Origin: Minisyncoccota bacterium
Lineage (GTDB): Bacteria > Patescibacteriota > Minisyncoccia > Phycocordibacterales > PALSA-1337
Length of the DNA: 64,000 nt
NCBI GenBank assembly: GCA_028713005.1
Contig: JAQTPC010000004.1
Span: 2,745 to 66,744 of the forward strand
Direction of reading: 5' to 3'
Numbering within the stretch: position 1 is the stretch's first letter; every line of letters begins with the position of its first letter. Below the pieces are notes generated by a model, which worked only from the letters and a program-made list of their open reading frames with translations, ran no database searches and was not told where the DNA came from. The position numbers were made by a program, and so were the translations under genes. Below are positions 7,392 through 17,646 of this stretch, piece by piece.

Positions 7392-9665
7392 ATGCCCGTC
7401 ATCACTCCCGAAATCACCGTATCTGAATATTTCCGCCTAACGCCCATACAAAAAGACGCCTTGAAAAAAATAGGTGTCATCACCCTTCGCGACCTCTTGT
7501 ATCATTTTCCCACTCGTTATGGTGATACCGCTGAAGCAAAAAATATTGAGACACTCAACAAAGGCGACACTGCTGTTATATTTGGAAGAATTACCAATCT
7601 CAAAGCAAGCAAAGGTTTCAAAACCAAGATGACTATGGCGACAGCAACAGTCGAAGACGAAACCGGCAAGATCCAGTGTGTCTGGTTCAACCAGCCGTAC
7701 CTCGCCAAGATGACACCTGAGGGAGCAATGGTTCGTATCGAAGGAAAAATTTCTCAGCGAAGAAATAAAAAAGAAACTTTAGACGTAACTTCAGGCAAGC
7801 TCGTCAAAGAAGAAACTGGTGTGCTCTACTTCTCCAACCCAAAAATCGAAGTCGTCGACAAGCTTCCTATCGGCGTTGGTGACTCCCTCTTTGGCGATGA
7901 TGGCGAAGCTCATACCCTCTACCCCGTATATCCCGAATCTCGCGGCATTACTTCAAGCTGGATGTACCATGCTATCCAAAAGCTCTTCAAGAGCGGCCTT
8001 ATCGACAATATGATCGACGTGCTCCCCGAACATCTCCTCGTCAAATATCATTTGCCGAGCCTCAAGACCGCACTCATCTGGATGCATACTCCACTCAAAC
8101 GCGAAGATGCGCTCTCGGCTCGCAAACGTTTTTCTTTTGAAGAAATATTCATTATCCAACTCGGCAAGCAACAAGCACGACGTGAATATGAAAAGCATCC
8201 TGCATTCGTCATAGAACCCGACGATGCCCATGTCCGCGAATTCATCAAACGTTTTCCTTTCACTGCCACTGAAGCACAAACCAGAGCGATTGAAATGATC
8301 CTGAGTGATATGCGTCGAGAATATGCCATGTCGCGCCTCCTCGAGGGTGACGTGGGTTCAGGTAAAACAGCTGTAGCCGCTTCTGCTGCATATGCCATCA
8401 TCACTTCACGTCCACCCAAAGTTCCACGTCTCGCTGGTTCAAATCCCAATCCTCTTGCAAAAGGTTTTGTTACAGCTGGGCAAGGAAATCTCCAAGTGGC
8501 ATATATGTGCCCAACTGAAATCCTCGCCACACAGCATTTCGAATCATTCATCCAATATTTTTCATACATGCCGATACAAATCGGCCTCATCACTGGTTCT
8601 GGTTGCCGTAAATTCCCTTCAAAGATAAATCCAAAAGGCTGGACTGACATATCTCGCGCTCAACTCCTCAAATGGGTCGAGAGTGGGGACATCCATGTTC
8701 TCATTGGTACCCATGCACTCATCCAAAAGTCAGTGAAGTTCAAGAACCTCGGCCTAGCCATCATCGATGAACAGCACCGTTTCGGTACTGCACAACGCGC
8801 CAAGCTCATTCGCAAAGACACTATCGCTCCACATCTCCTTTCAATGACCGCTACGCCAATACCACGCACGCTCGCTCTCACCATGTATGGTGACCTCGAC
8901 CTTACTCTCCTCGACCAATCCCCTGTCGGTCGCAAACAGATCATTACTGAACTCGTATTACCTAACGGTCGCGATGCAGTCTATGAAAAGATGCGCACTG
9001 AACTCCAATCCGGCAGGCAAGGTTATGTCATTTGTCCTCGCATCGACGAACCAGATCCTGACAAAGAACAAGCTCTCAATGCAAAGTCTGTTAAAGAAGA
9101 AGCCAAGCGTCTCCAGGCAAAAATATTCCCTGAATATGAGGTGGGTATCATGCACAGCAAAATGTCACCTCAAGAAAAAGATCGCGTCATGGGTCAGTTC
9201 AAGCGTGGTGAGGTCACCATACTCTGTGCTACCTCAGTAGTCGAAGTTGGCGTGAACGTACCCAATGCTACCGTCATCCTCATCGAAGGTGCTGAACGCT
9301 TTGGCCTCTCTCAACTCCATCAGTTGCGTGGTCGCGTCATGCGCAGTAGCCATCAGGCACACTGTTATGTCTTTACTGAAACCACATCAGAAAAATCAAT
9401 CGCTCGCCTCAAAGCTCTGCAAAATACCAAAAATGGTTTTGAACTTGCCGAACTCGACCTCATGGCTCGTGGTGCCGGCGAACTCTCTGGCATGCGTCAG
9501 TGGGGTGTTTCTGACATAGCAATGGAAGCTCTTAAAAATCTCAAGATGGTTGAAGCTGCTCGCGAAGAAGCAGGACGACTCATCATCGAAGATATCACTC
9601 TATCGAAATATCCTGAGCTCAAAAAAGAAGTGGCTTCGAAAAAGATTGAGACGCATTTTGAGTAA
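7392..9665 (+). CDS. recG: ATP-dependent DNA helicase RecG
   Basis: LEGDVGSGKT, IIDEQHRFG, MTATPIPRTL, QLHQLRGRV; start at MPVITPE. Confidence 0.97.
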   Translation: MPVITPEITVSEYFRLTPIQKDALKKIGVITLRDLLYHFPTRYGDTAEAKNIETLNKGDTAVIFGRITNLKASKGFKTKMTMATATVEDETGKIQCVWFNQPYLAKMTPEGAMVRIEGKISQRRNKKETLDVTSGKLVKEETGVLYFSNPKIEVVDKLPIGVGDSLFGDDGEAHTLYPVYPESRGITSSWMYHAIQKLFKSGLIDNMIDVLPEHLLVKYHLPSLKTALIWMHTPLKREDALSARKRFSFEEIFIIQLGKQQARREYEKHPAFVIEPDDAHVREFIKRFPFTATEAQTRAIEMILSDMRREYAMSRLLEGDVGSGKTAVAASAAYAIITSRPPKVPRLAGSNPNPLAKGFVTAGQGNLQVAYMCPTEILATQHFESFIQYFSYMPIQIGLITGSGCRKFPSKINPKGWTDISRAQLLKWVESGDIHVLIGTHALIQKSVKFKNLGLAIIDEQHRFGTAQRAKLIRKDTIAPHLLSMTATPIPRTLALTMYGDLDLTLLDQSPVGRKQIITELVLPNGRDAVYEKMRTELQSGRQGYVICPRIDEPDPDKEQALNAKSVKEEAKRLQAKIFPEYEVGIMHSKMSPQEKDRVMGQFKRGEVTILCATSVVEVGVNVPNATVILIEGAERFGLSQLHQLRGRVMRSSHQAHCYVFTETTSEKSIARLKALQNTKNGFELAELDLMARGAGELSGMRQWGVSDIAMEALKNLKMVEAAREEAGRLIIEDITLSKYPELKKEVASKKIETHFE

Positions 9666-9750
9666 TGATTGACAGCATTTTCTGATTTATGTATTGTAAA
9701 TTCAGAGATACAGTAAACGAAACAAACCAATACAGAAAGGAATATCCTTT

Positions 9751-10167
9751 ATGAACACGCTTCCGTCCTTTGATAAAGCTCGGGGATCAATCAAGATCCA
9801 GCTCTTGGTCTTCATGCCCATCCTGATCCTCATCGCTGTCATGCAGACGATATGGTCACCTGCGGAAACAGATGACCCCATCGCACCAACGATACCCGGC
9901 GCGGCCCCCGCAAACCAGCTCGGAGCTTCTTTTCCAAATCAACTGATCGTGCTCGAATCTACAAATAAGAGCCAGCCCCGGACTGCTTATCTGTGGAATA
10001 GCGACCTCCAGATTTTGACCCTCGTCAGCCCGCAGAACAAAATTCCTGACGGTGAGGCACTGCATGCGGTTCAAACCTACAGGTATACCCGCACGAACTA
10101 TCCTCGGGCTGAATACACACTCATCCCGCGTATCAAACCGACGAACGCAGCACCAATCACACCCTAA
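9751..10167 (+). CDS. Orphan membrane-anchored hypothetical protein
   Basis: TTGACA-17-TATTGT promoter, AAAGGA SD, one TM segment, downstream hairpin. Confidence 0.65.
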   Translation: MNTLPSFDKARGSIKIQLLVFMPILILIAVMQTIWSPAETDDPIAPTIPGAAPANQLGASFPNQLIVLESTNKSQPRTAYLWNSDLQILTLVSPQNKIPDGEALHAVQTYRYTRTNYPRAEYTLIPRIKPTNAAPITP

Positions 10168-10338
10168 GTTCAGCATCAAAAACTCCACTGAAACAATCGT
10201 TTCTTTGGGGTTTTATTTTTAAATAATAAAGTTTCGAAGGTCTTGACATATATCAAAAAGAGAGTAGCTTTTATATCTGGAGGTTCATCGGCGCACGGTG
10301 CGCAGAGAAACCAAAAAACATTGAAATAGGAGTAGCAC

Positions 10339-11010
10339 ATGAAAAACAGAAAATCCCGACCCGCCGGCACAAATCCCAACTATCGTTTGGGAAGAACCAA
10401 CGGGCACCACATGCAAATCCCCCGTTTGGATTTCCCGCGGATCAAGCTCGGCTCGAACAAATACTGGCCAGCAATCAGTCGCCGGATTCGTTCGCGAATC
10501 AAATCAATCAAGAATAGCACGCAGCGCTCATTGGCTGAGCAAGGTCGCAAAAATGCTGACCTCGTCGTGTCGAAATTGAACCGGGCAAACGTAAACCTGC
10601 TCCATCTCATCGGCCACACAAATGGCTTCATGATGAATATTGAGCGTTACACCGAACACCATTTCGAAAAACTGTGCAGCAAGAAGGAGTTGCAGCACAT
10701 TTCAGTTCGAAATGCTGACGTGCATACCGTGTTTGTCATCGAACGTTTTGGCGACATTCAAACATCAGGCACCATTTGCATCTCACTCATGGACATGCAA
10801 ATCGTGCTCACTCGACAAGAATGGTCTGACCGATTCCAAACGATGTATCACCGATTGCTCACAGCCGGTGAGCTGCGTTTCATTGATCAACCTTCCATTC
10901 TGGAAAAGCTCGACAAACTCAGGACCCCAAATATGATCTTTATGGAACTGCAGATACGAATCACGATTCAAGAAATCGAACGTCGCGAACGTGAAATCTG
11001 CTCAACTTAA
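10339..11010 (+). CDS. Orphan hypothetical protein with basic N-terminus
   Basis: 223-aa ORF, TTGACA promoter, TAGGAG SD, terminator at 11024-11050. Confidence 0.65.
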   Translation: MKNRKSRPAGTNPNYRLGRTNGHHMQIPRLDFPRIKLGSNKYWPAISRRIRSRIKSIKNSTQRSLAEQGRKNADLVVSKLNRANVNLLHLIGHTNGFMMNIERYTEHHFEKLCSKKELQHISVRNADVHTVFVIERFGDIQTSGTICISLMDMQIVLTRQEWSDRFQTMYHRLLTAGELRFIDQPSILEKLDKLRTPNMIFMELQIRITIQEIERREREICST

Positions 11011-11023
11011 TTATCTGTCTATC

Positions 11024-11050
11024 AACCCAACGCACGTGCGTTGGGTTTTT
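11024..11050 (+). terminator. Intrinsic terminator
   Basis: AACCCAACGCAC/GTGCGTTGGGTT followed by a T-tract. Confidence 0.75.
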
Positions 11051-11081
11051 ATTTTTACACGCAAGCCAATAATACATCTAT

Positions 11082-11145
11082 TTGTCCGCCCTCCTGGATT
11101 CGTGTCTCCATCGACACGCTCCACTGAGCGCCAATGACCCCAGAG
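11082..11145 (-). pseudogene. Degenerate copy of the tRNA-Ile 3' half with an insertion in the T-loop
   Basis: TTGTCCGCCCTCCTGGATTCG matches 11162-11182 (1 mismatch); CCAATGACCCCAGAGG resumes the match after a 28-nt two-hairpin insert. Confidence 0.7.
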
Positions 11146-11164
11146 GGCTTTTAGTGATTGATTG

Positions 11165-11238
11165 TCCGCCCTCTTGGATTCGAACCAAGGACCCCAGAGG
11201 TATAAGCTCTGTGCTCTAACCAACTGAGCTAAGGGCGG
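11165..11238 (-). tRNA. tRNA-Ile, anticodon TAT (U34)
   Basis: CCGCCCT/AGGGCGG acceptor, A73, GCTC-AGTTGGTTA-GAGC D arm, CAGAG-CTTATAC-CTCTG, CTTGG-TTCGAAT-CCAAG. Confidence 0.92.
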
Positions 11239-11378
11239 ATTTGCCTCAGCTGTTTAACTAACCAAAACAGCTAAGGGCGGTGTTGGTTCAATCATCATAA
11301 TGTAAACCGACCAGAGAAACAACTGTAAAATATAGAAAGAAAAGAGCCCTAGAAAATCCAGAGCTCTTCGTGGAATAA

Positions 11379-11762
11379 CTATACTGAAATGAGCGGCGCA
11401 CGCAAAGAATTTTCTGGTGGCTCGAAAAGCTTCTGCGGACGAAGACACTCGACTAATTCTTGTCTAACTGCCAAAATCTTTCCTGAAAGACCGCTCGATT
11501 GCAGTGATGCTACAAAAACGAGGAGGGTAAACTCGTTCGGCAACTCCAAGACTTTTCCGGCTTTAATAAAATCTTTTTCAGACTGCGACCGAAAGCCAGT
11601 AACATCTTTAGCTACTGAACATAACGGATGGAATACCGAAACATCTTCACATACCAGCTCAATCTTGGAGCACAGATGCAACTCTCCTGAGGGCATCAAT
11701 CTACATTCCCAGCGATACTTAACCATGTCTCGGCAACAAGTAAAGAAATATGGAATTCTCAT
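11379..11762 (-). CDS. Orphan hypothetical protein (Cys-rich)
   Basis: TTGACT-16-TAGGAT promoter and AAAGGA 5 nt before ATG support the minus-strand ORF. Confidence 0.6.
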   Translation of the reverse strand: MRIPYFFTCCRDMVKYRWECRLMPSGELHLCSKIELVCEDVSVFHPLCSVAKDVTGFRSQSEKDFIKAGKVLELPNEFTLLVFVASLQSSGLSGKILAVRQELVECLRPQKLFEPPENSLRAPLISV

Positions 11763-11863
11763 AAAGATCCTTTTGTTGATTGTTTAATGAAATCCTACTC
11801 CACTTACATAAACAGTCAAGGCAACAAAAAGCCACCCTACGGTGGTCTTTTTAAATTTCCTAT

Positions 11864-13786
11864 TTAGACAACCTTTGCTTCCCTTTTGAGCGGGATACCC
11901 TGCGCAACGATGATTTTTTCATATTCTTCACGCTCGATTGTCTCTGTCTCAATGAGGCGCTTTGAAACTGCTTCAAAAGCCTTTTTGTGCTCTGCGAGCG
12001 TCGCAATCGCACGTTCACGAGCTTCAGTCATAATCTTTGAAACTTCACTATCGATCTCACTAGCAACTTTCTCTGAATATTCACGCTCAGCAACACCCAT
12101 TCCAAACATGACACGGCCTTGGGCACTCTCGAGAGCGATTGGGCCGATCTTATCTGACATGCCATACCGAGTGACCATATCGCGCGCGAGAGCAGTTGAG
12201 ACTTGGAGATCGTTCGATGCACCAGTAGTGATATCACCGAAGACCATTTTCTCTGCAACATATCCACCGAGTGACATAGCAATATCATCAAGGAACTCAT
12301 TGCGAGACTGGAGCTTACGTTCTTCAAAAGGCAATTTCAATGTATACCCTGCAGCACGACCACGAGAGATAATAGATATCTTGTGCACAGGATCAGCATG
12401 CGGAAGTACCGATGCGACGATAGCGTGACCAGCTTCGTGATATGCAGTAATCTCTTTTTCCTTTGGTGAGAGAACGTGACTCTTGCGCTCAGGACCGAGC
12501 ATAACTTTTTCGATAGAGCGGATGAGATCGAACTGACCGATCGTCTTTCTCTCTTCACGAGCAGCGAGGATAGCTGCTTCATTCATGAGACTAGCGAGAT
12601 CAGCACCAGAGAATCCTGGTGTACGTTCAGCGACTACTTTGAGATTGAAGTCCTCTGCAAACTGCTTTTTCTTTGAGTGCACGGTGAGGATAGCCTCGCG
12701 ATCAGCACGATCAGGAAGATCAATGGTTACGCGGCGATCAAAACGGCCTGGACGGAGGAGCGCAGGGTCAAGCACATCAGGACGATTTGTTGCAGCCATA
12801 ACTATGACTTTTTGATTCTGTTCAAAGCCGTCCATCTCGACGAGGATCTGGTTCAATGTCTGTTCACGCTCATCGTTGCCACCACCCGTACCTGAGCCAC
12901 GTGCACGACCGACAGCGTCGATCTCATCGACAAATACAATAGCTGGAGCCGCTTGCTTTGCCATATGGAAGAGGTCGCGGACGCGAGAAGCACCAACACC
13001 GACGAACATCTCGACGAACTCTGAGCCAGAGATAGAGAAGAATGCCACTCCCGCCTCACCTGCCACTGCACGAGCAAGAAGTGTCTTACCTGTACCCGGT
13101 GCGCCCATGAGGAGCACGCCCTTTGGAATCTCTGCACCGATATCGATGAACTTTTTTGGATTTTTGAGGAAGTCGACGATCTCTGAGAGCTCTTGTTTTG
13201 CTTCTTTTGCACCAGCAACATCCTTGAATGTTACCTTCTGCTTTGTATCATCTGGGAGCGTGATACGCGCCTTTGACTGACCAAACGACATCGCTTGCAT
13301 ACCTGCGCCACGCATCTGACGAGAGAGCATCCAGATAAAGAGTGCGAGGAAAAGGAGAGGAATTATAAATGGTGCGAGCTGTCCTACCCAATACCAGAAG
13401 CCAGATGGCGAGATAACACTGATAGTTGTAGAACCGAGGTCGGCAGAAGTTACACCAAAACGACTCAAACTGTCAGTGAGAGAGGCGTCGGTCTCACGCT
13501 GGGTTGTTTTGACTGTCTTGTCTTTGTACTGTGCGACAACTTCAGTGTCCTGGATGGTGAGTGAAGTAACCAAACCTTTCTTTATATCCTGCGCGAGTGA
13601 AGAAAGTGGTACTGATGTGCCTGTTGTTGATTTGCCGGAAAACTCCGCATAAAGCGTCGTAATGATCAAAAATATGATAATGACTGTAGCGATTGAATTT
13701 AAGAAATTCATCTTTGGGAAACCCTTTCCCTTCTTGCCTTGAGGCGCATTTTGGCTGTTTTTCGGTGTATTATTTTGGGGATTCAT
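11864..13786 (-). CDS. ftsH: ATP-dependent zinc metalloprotease FtsH
   Basis: Two TM segments, [27 protein letters not shown]. Confidence 0.98.
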   Translation of the reverse strand: MNPQNNTPKNSQNAPQGKKGKGFPKMNFLNSIATVIIIFLIITTLYAEFSGKSTTGTSVPLSSLAQDIKKGLVTSLTIQDTEVVAQYKDKTVKTTQRETDASLTDSLSRFGVTSADLGSTTISVISPSGFWYWVGQLAPFIIPLLFLALFIWMLSRQMRGAGMQAMSFGQSKARITLPDDTKQKVTFKDVAGAKEAKQELSEIVDFLKNPKKFIDIGAEIPKGVLLMGAPGTGKTLLARAVAGEAGVAFFSISGSEFVEMFVGVGASRVRDLFHMAKQAAPAIVFVDEIDAVGRARGSGTGGGNDEREQTLNQILVEMDGFEQNQKVIVMAATNRPDVLDPALLRPGRFDRRVTIDLPDRADREAILTVHSKKKQFAEDFNLKVVAERTPGFSGADLASLMNEAAILAAREERKTIGQFDLIRSIEKVMLGPERKSHVLSPKEKEITAYHEAGHAIVASVLPHADPVHKISIISRGRAAGYTLKLPFEERKLQSRNEFLDDIAMSLGGYVAEKMVFGDITTGASNDLQVSTALARDMVTRYGMSDKIGPIALESAQGRVMFGMGVAEREYSEKVASEIDSEVSKIMTEARERAIATLAEHKKAFEAVSKRLIETETIEREEYEKIIVAQGIPLKREAKVV

Positions 13787-13984
13787 AGAGGTTGATTATA
13801 GCCTCAAATGAGGACATGTGACAACTCGTTGGCACGATGTCCGAGTGCAGAGGCTATATGAGCAAAGCGAATATAGCCTCAAGTGAGGATTTGTGGAAGC
13901 TCGCTTACATGTTGTAATAAGGTAAAGGAAATAAAAAGAGCGCACACTATCAAATGTAGTATGCGCCTTGAAAAGACAACCTCA

Positions 13985-14461
13985 TTAACGAGAACGAAAG
14001 ATGACTCGGAGAATTGGAAGCTGCTCCTCAAGCCGGATAAAGAAAATCCGGAAAAGACTAAACTTCCGAACGTAGTCGAGTTCATTAACCCGAACAACAC
14101 CACATCGCGGACAAGTTGCGATACACCAGCACTCATGCCAGCCATGGCTGTGTAGATCATTTTGAGAACGATCAGTCGAATACTCCGGTGTCCCGAAGAG
14201 TATCCGCATGAACGGCGCCCGAGCGATGAACCAGCCAGCAGAACGAGCGTGTTTGATCCGCAACAACGGATCAGTTTCCCGAAGAGTGACCGATCGTCCA
14301 ACGCGCCATTCGCGTTCACGCTTCGATCCGCATGTAGGGCATTTCTTGGATGTTTTTCCTTCGATCTTGGTCGGTTCGGGTGGCAACTGTGTCGCCCGTT
14401 GACGATGATGCATTCGACTAGCTGCTGCCAGCGATTTCTTCAATGTATTATCGGAGACCAT
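13985..14461 (-). CDS. Orphan protein with paired CxxC (Zn-ribbon-like) motifs
   Basis: CPTCG and CPRCG; GGGGAGG SD before MVSDN; TTGACT-17-TAATTT upstream. Confidence 0.55.
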   Translation of the reverse strand: MVSDNTLKKSLAAASRMHHRQRATQLPPEPTKIEGKTSKKCPTCGSKREREWRVGRSVTLRETDPLLRIKHARSAGWFIARAPFMRILFGTPEYSTDRSQNDLHSHGWHECWCIATCPRCGVVRVNELDYVRKFSLFRIFFIRLEEQLPILRVIFRSR

Positions 14462-14635
14462 AAATAAGCCTCCCCTCTTTCTGGTGTGAACCAGATGAAC
14501 CAACGCCTCCACGTGTGGTTATAATGTTCATAGTTTTTTGATGTAAATGTATCTAACTCCAAAATATAAATTACCACATGGAATGGTTATAGTCAATAAA
14601 AGAAAACACCGACTAAAGCCGGCTTTTTTAATGTG

Positions 14636-14999
14636 TGGAGATGGGCGGAATTGAACCGCCGTGCAATCGAAGTTCGTCGAGCGACTCTACGGTGATAGAA
14701 TCCTTTGAAGTTTAATGACTATGCTAACAAAGAAAACAAAGCACATAGTCACGATCTCATTGTTTCAGGAGATAGAGTGAGAAGCTCTATCTACCCTACA
14801 TCCAAGTTATTACGCCTTGCTTACTGTTAGGATCCCAGTGAGTAGACGGCCTCGTTAGACGAGAGCGAATTGAAAGTCTTTGACTCCAAAAAATGGAGAA
14901 ACAATAGATTTTGCAATTGGGTTTTCCAGCGGATTTACGAGTCACTGGTGCTCGCACCGCACGAACGAAAACTGTCGATTGTCGATGCCTTGCATCCCC
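14636..14999 (-). ncRNA. ssrA: tmRNA
   Basis: 5' GGGGATG..TCGAC; 3' GGCGG-TTCAATT-CCGCC-CATCTCC-A with G3:U70; adjacent to smpB; tag ORF 14914-14855 = AKSIVSPFFGVKDFQFALV*. Confidence 0.95.
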
Positions 15000-15098
15000 G
15001 AATTTTGCACCTCAAAATTCGTGCCAAAAGACTTTTTATTGCGCGAGCAATTAAAAGTTTTTGGCCAGAATCACAGAGGTTAGTGGTATACTTAGTTT

Positions 15099-15539
15099 TC
15101 AACGATCCTTCATAGCCCTACCCATTTCCCTATCATCCTCACGTTTCTTTGTCGTCTCTCTCTTATCATACTTCTTTTTTCCTTTGACGACAGCGACCGT
15201 GACCTTGATAAGGTTGTTTTTAAGATACATTGAAATCGGCACTACTGTCAATCCCTTACTGACATCTGCAATTTGAGCGATCTCTTTCTTTCTCATGATC
15301 AAGCGGCGGTGACGACGAGGCTCATAGTCTTTAGGTGTATTTTTCTCCTGATATGGAGAAATGAGCATGCCCTGAATGAATGCTTCACCACCCTTTACCA
15401 ACACATATGCTCCATCGAGCGAACCACGCTTTGCTCTAAGCGACTTTACTTCAAAACCGAGTAGCTCGATACCTGCCTCGTATTTCTCGAGGATCTCGTA
15501 TTCAAAATGGGCTTTGCGATAATCAATCAAAACTGCCAT
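15099..15539 (-). CDS. smpB: SsrA-binding protein
   Basis: YEAGIELLGFEVKSLR, KGKKKYDKRE. Confidence 0.97.
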   Translation of the reverse strand: MAVLIDYRKAHFEYEILEKYEAGIELLGFEVKSLRAKRGSLDGAYVLVKGGEAFIQGMLISPYQEKNTPKDYEPRRHRRLIMRKKEIAQIADVSKGLTVVPISMYLKNNLIKVTVAVVKGKKKYDKRETTKKREDDREMGRAMKDR

Positions 15540-15565
15540 AGTGGAAGTATAGTATACTTTTACCT

Positions 15566-16645
15566 ATGAATCACGAAACAACCTGGAACCTCTATTCATC
15601 AAACGAAGAAGCATGGGCAGCTATGCTCGCCGACTGCGCACAAGCAAAAGAAAGCATCGTCCTCGAACAATACATCTTTGTGGCGGACGACTTCGGCAAA
15701 AAGCTCATAGACATCTGCACCGAACGTGCGGCCCAGGGTGTCAAAGTCCGTTTCCTCTGGGATGCAGCTGGCAGTTTCACTCTCTGGGGTTCAAATATTG
15801 CCGAAGATCTCAAAAAGAAAGGTATTGAACTTATCTTCTGGAAGACACTTATCCCTGACTATTCAAAGATAGAAAATTTTCGTGCATGGTTCTTCCGCAA
15901 TCACCGCCGTACCCTCGTCATCGATGAACGCATCGGCTATACAGGCAGTATGTGCGTCTACGAACCAATGAAAAGTTGGCGTGATACGAACCTCCGTCTC
16001 GAAGGGTCAGTTGTGGAAGAGATGAGGAATGCATTTGATCGCATGTGGGCTCGGGCCACTCGTGCACAAGCCATGCCTGAACGTATCCATGTTCGTAACC
16101 ATGAATTCCGCTACATCACCAACTATCCTGCCCCCCGCAGACGTCATATATACACAGAACTCATCGAAGCTGTCCGTTCAGCGCGCAAATATATCTATAT
16201 TACCAATCCTTATTTTGTACCGACACGCCGGCTCGTGCGCATCTTTCGTTTGGCAGCACAACGTGGTGTCGATGTACGCATCATCATCCCAGAAAATTCA
16301 AACTATTACGCTGTGGACCTCGGGGCGCGATCATATTTCAATACCTTGCTCTCTTCAGGAGTACGTATATTTCTATATTCTGGGAATATGATCCATGCAA
16401 AGACTGCAGTCATTGATGGTGAATGGGCAACAGTCGGCAGCATGAACCTCGATCGTGTGAGCCTGCTCTACAACTTTGAAGCGAACATCGTCAGTCGCAA
16501 TGGGCGATTTGCAGAGGAGCTCGCCGCGCTCTTTGTGCGTGATATGCACGATTCCAAAGAAGTCTTGTACGAGGAATGGAAGAAAAGATTCTTCATCGAA
16601 AAGATACCTGAAAAGCTGATCACTCTCGTCCGAAAGTTTTTATAA
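15566..16645 (+). CDS. Phospholipase D family / cardiolipin synthase-like protein (ClsB-like, no TM)
   Basis: HRRTLVID and HAKTAVID..GSMNLD, NPYFVP. Confidence 0.88.
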   Translation: MNHETTWNLYSSNEEAWAAMLADCAQAKESIVLEQYIFVADDFGKKLIDICTERAAQGVKVRFLWDAAGSFTLWGSNIAEDLKKKGIELIFWKTLIPDYSKIENFRAWFFRNHRRTLVIDERIGYTGSMCVYEPMKSWRDTNLRLEGSVVEEMRNAFDRMWARATRAQAMPERIHVRNHEFRYITNYPAPRRRHIYTELIEAVRSARKYIYITNPYFVPTRRLVRIFRLAAQRGVDVRIIIPENSNYYAVDLGARSYFNTLLSSGVRIFLYSGNMIHAKTAVIDGEWATVGSMNLDRVSLLYNFEANIVSRNGRFAEELAALFVRDMHDSKEVLYEEWKKRFFIEKIPEKLITLVRKFL

Positions 16646-16649
16646 AATA

Positions 16650-16678
16650 AAAAACCACCTTACATAAGGTGGTTTTTT
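16650..16678. terminator. Bidirectional terminator
   Basis: AAAAACCACCTTA-CA-TAAGGTGGTTTTTT. Confidence 0.8.
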
Positions 16679-16691
16679 ATTTTTACAAATT

Positions 16692-17471
16692 TTATTGTAC
16701 CGCTACTCCTTTTACGATCTGACCGGTCTCATCGATGATTCCTTTCTGGCGAGATGCGCTACACGTATAGAATTCGCTGGTCGACTTGTTATATGCCATC
16801 ACCTGACCCTTGCCGCCAACGCCGAGGTTGAAGTTTGACTGAACGCATGGTGAGCTGCCTGCACAAAGCGACGCTGGCGCATATGCCCAAGCACTATAGC
16901 CTGCTGTACCGGTCTTCAAGTGCGTATTATCGCCACAGGTGTGACTATCGTCACTGGTGATACCTGTTGTTCTCCATGTACAAGCCTCTTTACCGAGACA
17001 GATGCGTATAACGTGGCTACGACAGTAATATTCGATGGTATCACCGCCACCACTTGAGCCCCAGTCATTGATGTTACCGTCTGAAACTGTTCCCATTCTG
17101 CCATCACTACCACACTCTTGAGCAGCTGCACTTGGAGCTGACCATTTTACTTTTCCAGTACTGTCAGCAGCAGTGAGAAAATATCCTGCTGAAACTACTG
17201 AATTTGAAGTACTTGTTGAAACGATGAGGTTTGGTGCAATCAAGTTACCGACAACACCGAGACCACCGTCAATCTGAAGTGAATCTAATTTTTCTTGGAT
17301 GGTGGTATTACCATTGAATCCAACATTGATAGGTGCGAGAACGTTATTTGAAGGTGGGTTAGCTGGAGCATTGGTCCAGTTTGCAGCTGCAGCAACAAGA
17401 GCTGAAGCGCCGAGGAATCCACCAATAATGAGACTTGAAGCTGCGAGCACTGATTGACGAGTAAGTTTCAT
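16692..17471 (-). CDS. Secreted CPR-type protein (WxxAPxxPPxNN..APIN N-terminal motif) with Cys-rich C-terminal domain
   Basis: Signal peptide; WTNAPANPPSNNVLAPIN; 8 Cys in the C-terminal half. Confidence 0.75.
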   Translation of the reverse strand: MKLTRQSVLAASSLIIGGFLGASALVAAAANWTNAPANPPSNNVLAPINVGFNGNTTIQEKLDSLQIDGGLGVVGNLIAPNLIVSTSTSNSVVSAGYFLTAADSTGKVKWSAPSAAAQECGSDGRMGTVSDGNINDWGSSGGGDTIEYYCRSHVIRICLGKEACTWRTTGITSDDSHTCGDNTHLKTGTAGYSAWAYAPASLCAGSSPCVQSNFNLGVGGKGQVMAYNKSTSEFYTCSASRQKGIIDETGQIVKGVAVQ

Positions 17472-17646
17472 AAATAAATAATTTAATATGCGATTAATAG
17501 CAACAATGAATATGCATATATTATACCCTATAAAAATGACTTGGAATAGAAACCTGTTGATAAATAGTGAATAGCCGAGGCCTACCCTCGGTGATACTTG
17601 CAGAAACGTCTACTTATATGCTATAACTATAGCCTGTAATCTATTG

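Noticed and set aside
11082-11182. attL/attR of an intact genomic island
   Set aside because: Repeats are only 80 bp apart with no integrase; kept only as a scar finding
11011-11223. 70-aa minus-strand ORF
   Set aside because: Overlaps tRNA-Ile and its duplicate
11389-11787. 132-aa plus-strand ORF
   Set aside because: Promoter and SD signals support the antisense ORF 11379-11762
13879-14467. Alternative overlapping ORFs (146 aa minus, several plus)
   Set aside because: No initiation signals; the CxxC frame has SD and promoter
14870-15276. Short plus-strand ORFs
   Set aside because: Antisense to tmRNA and smpB
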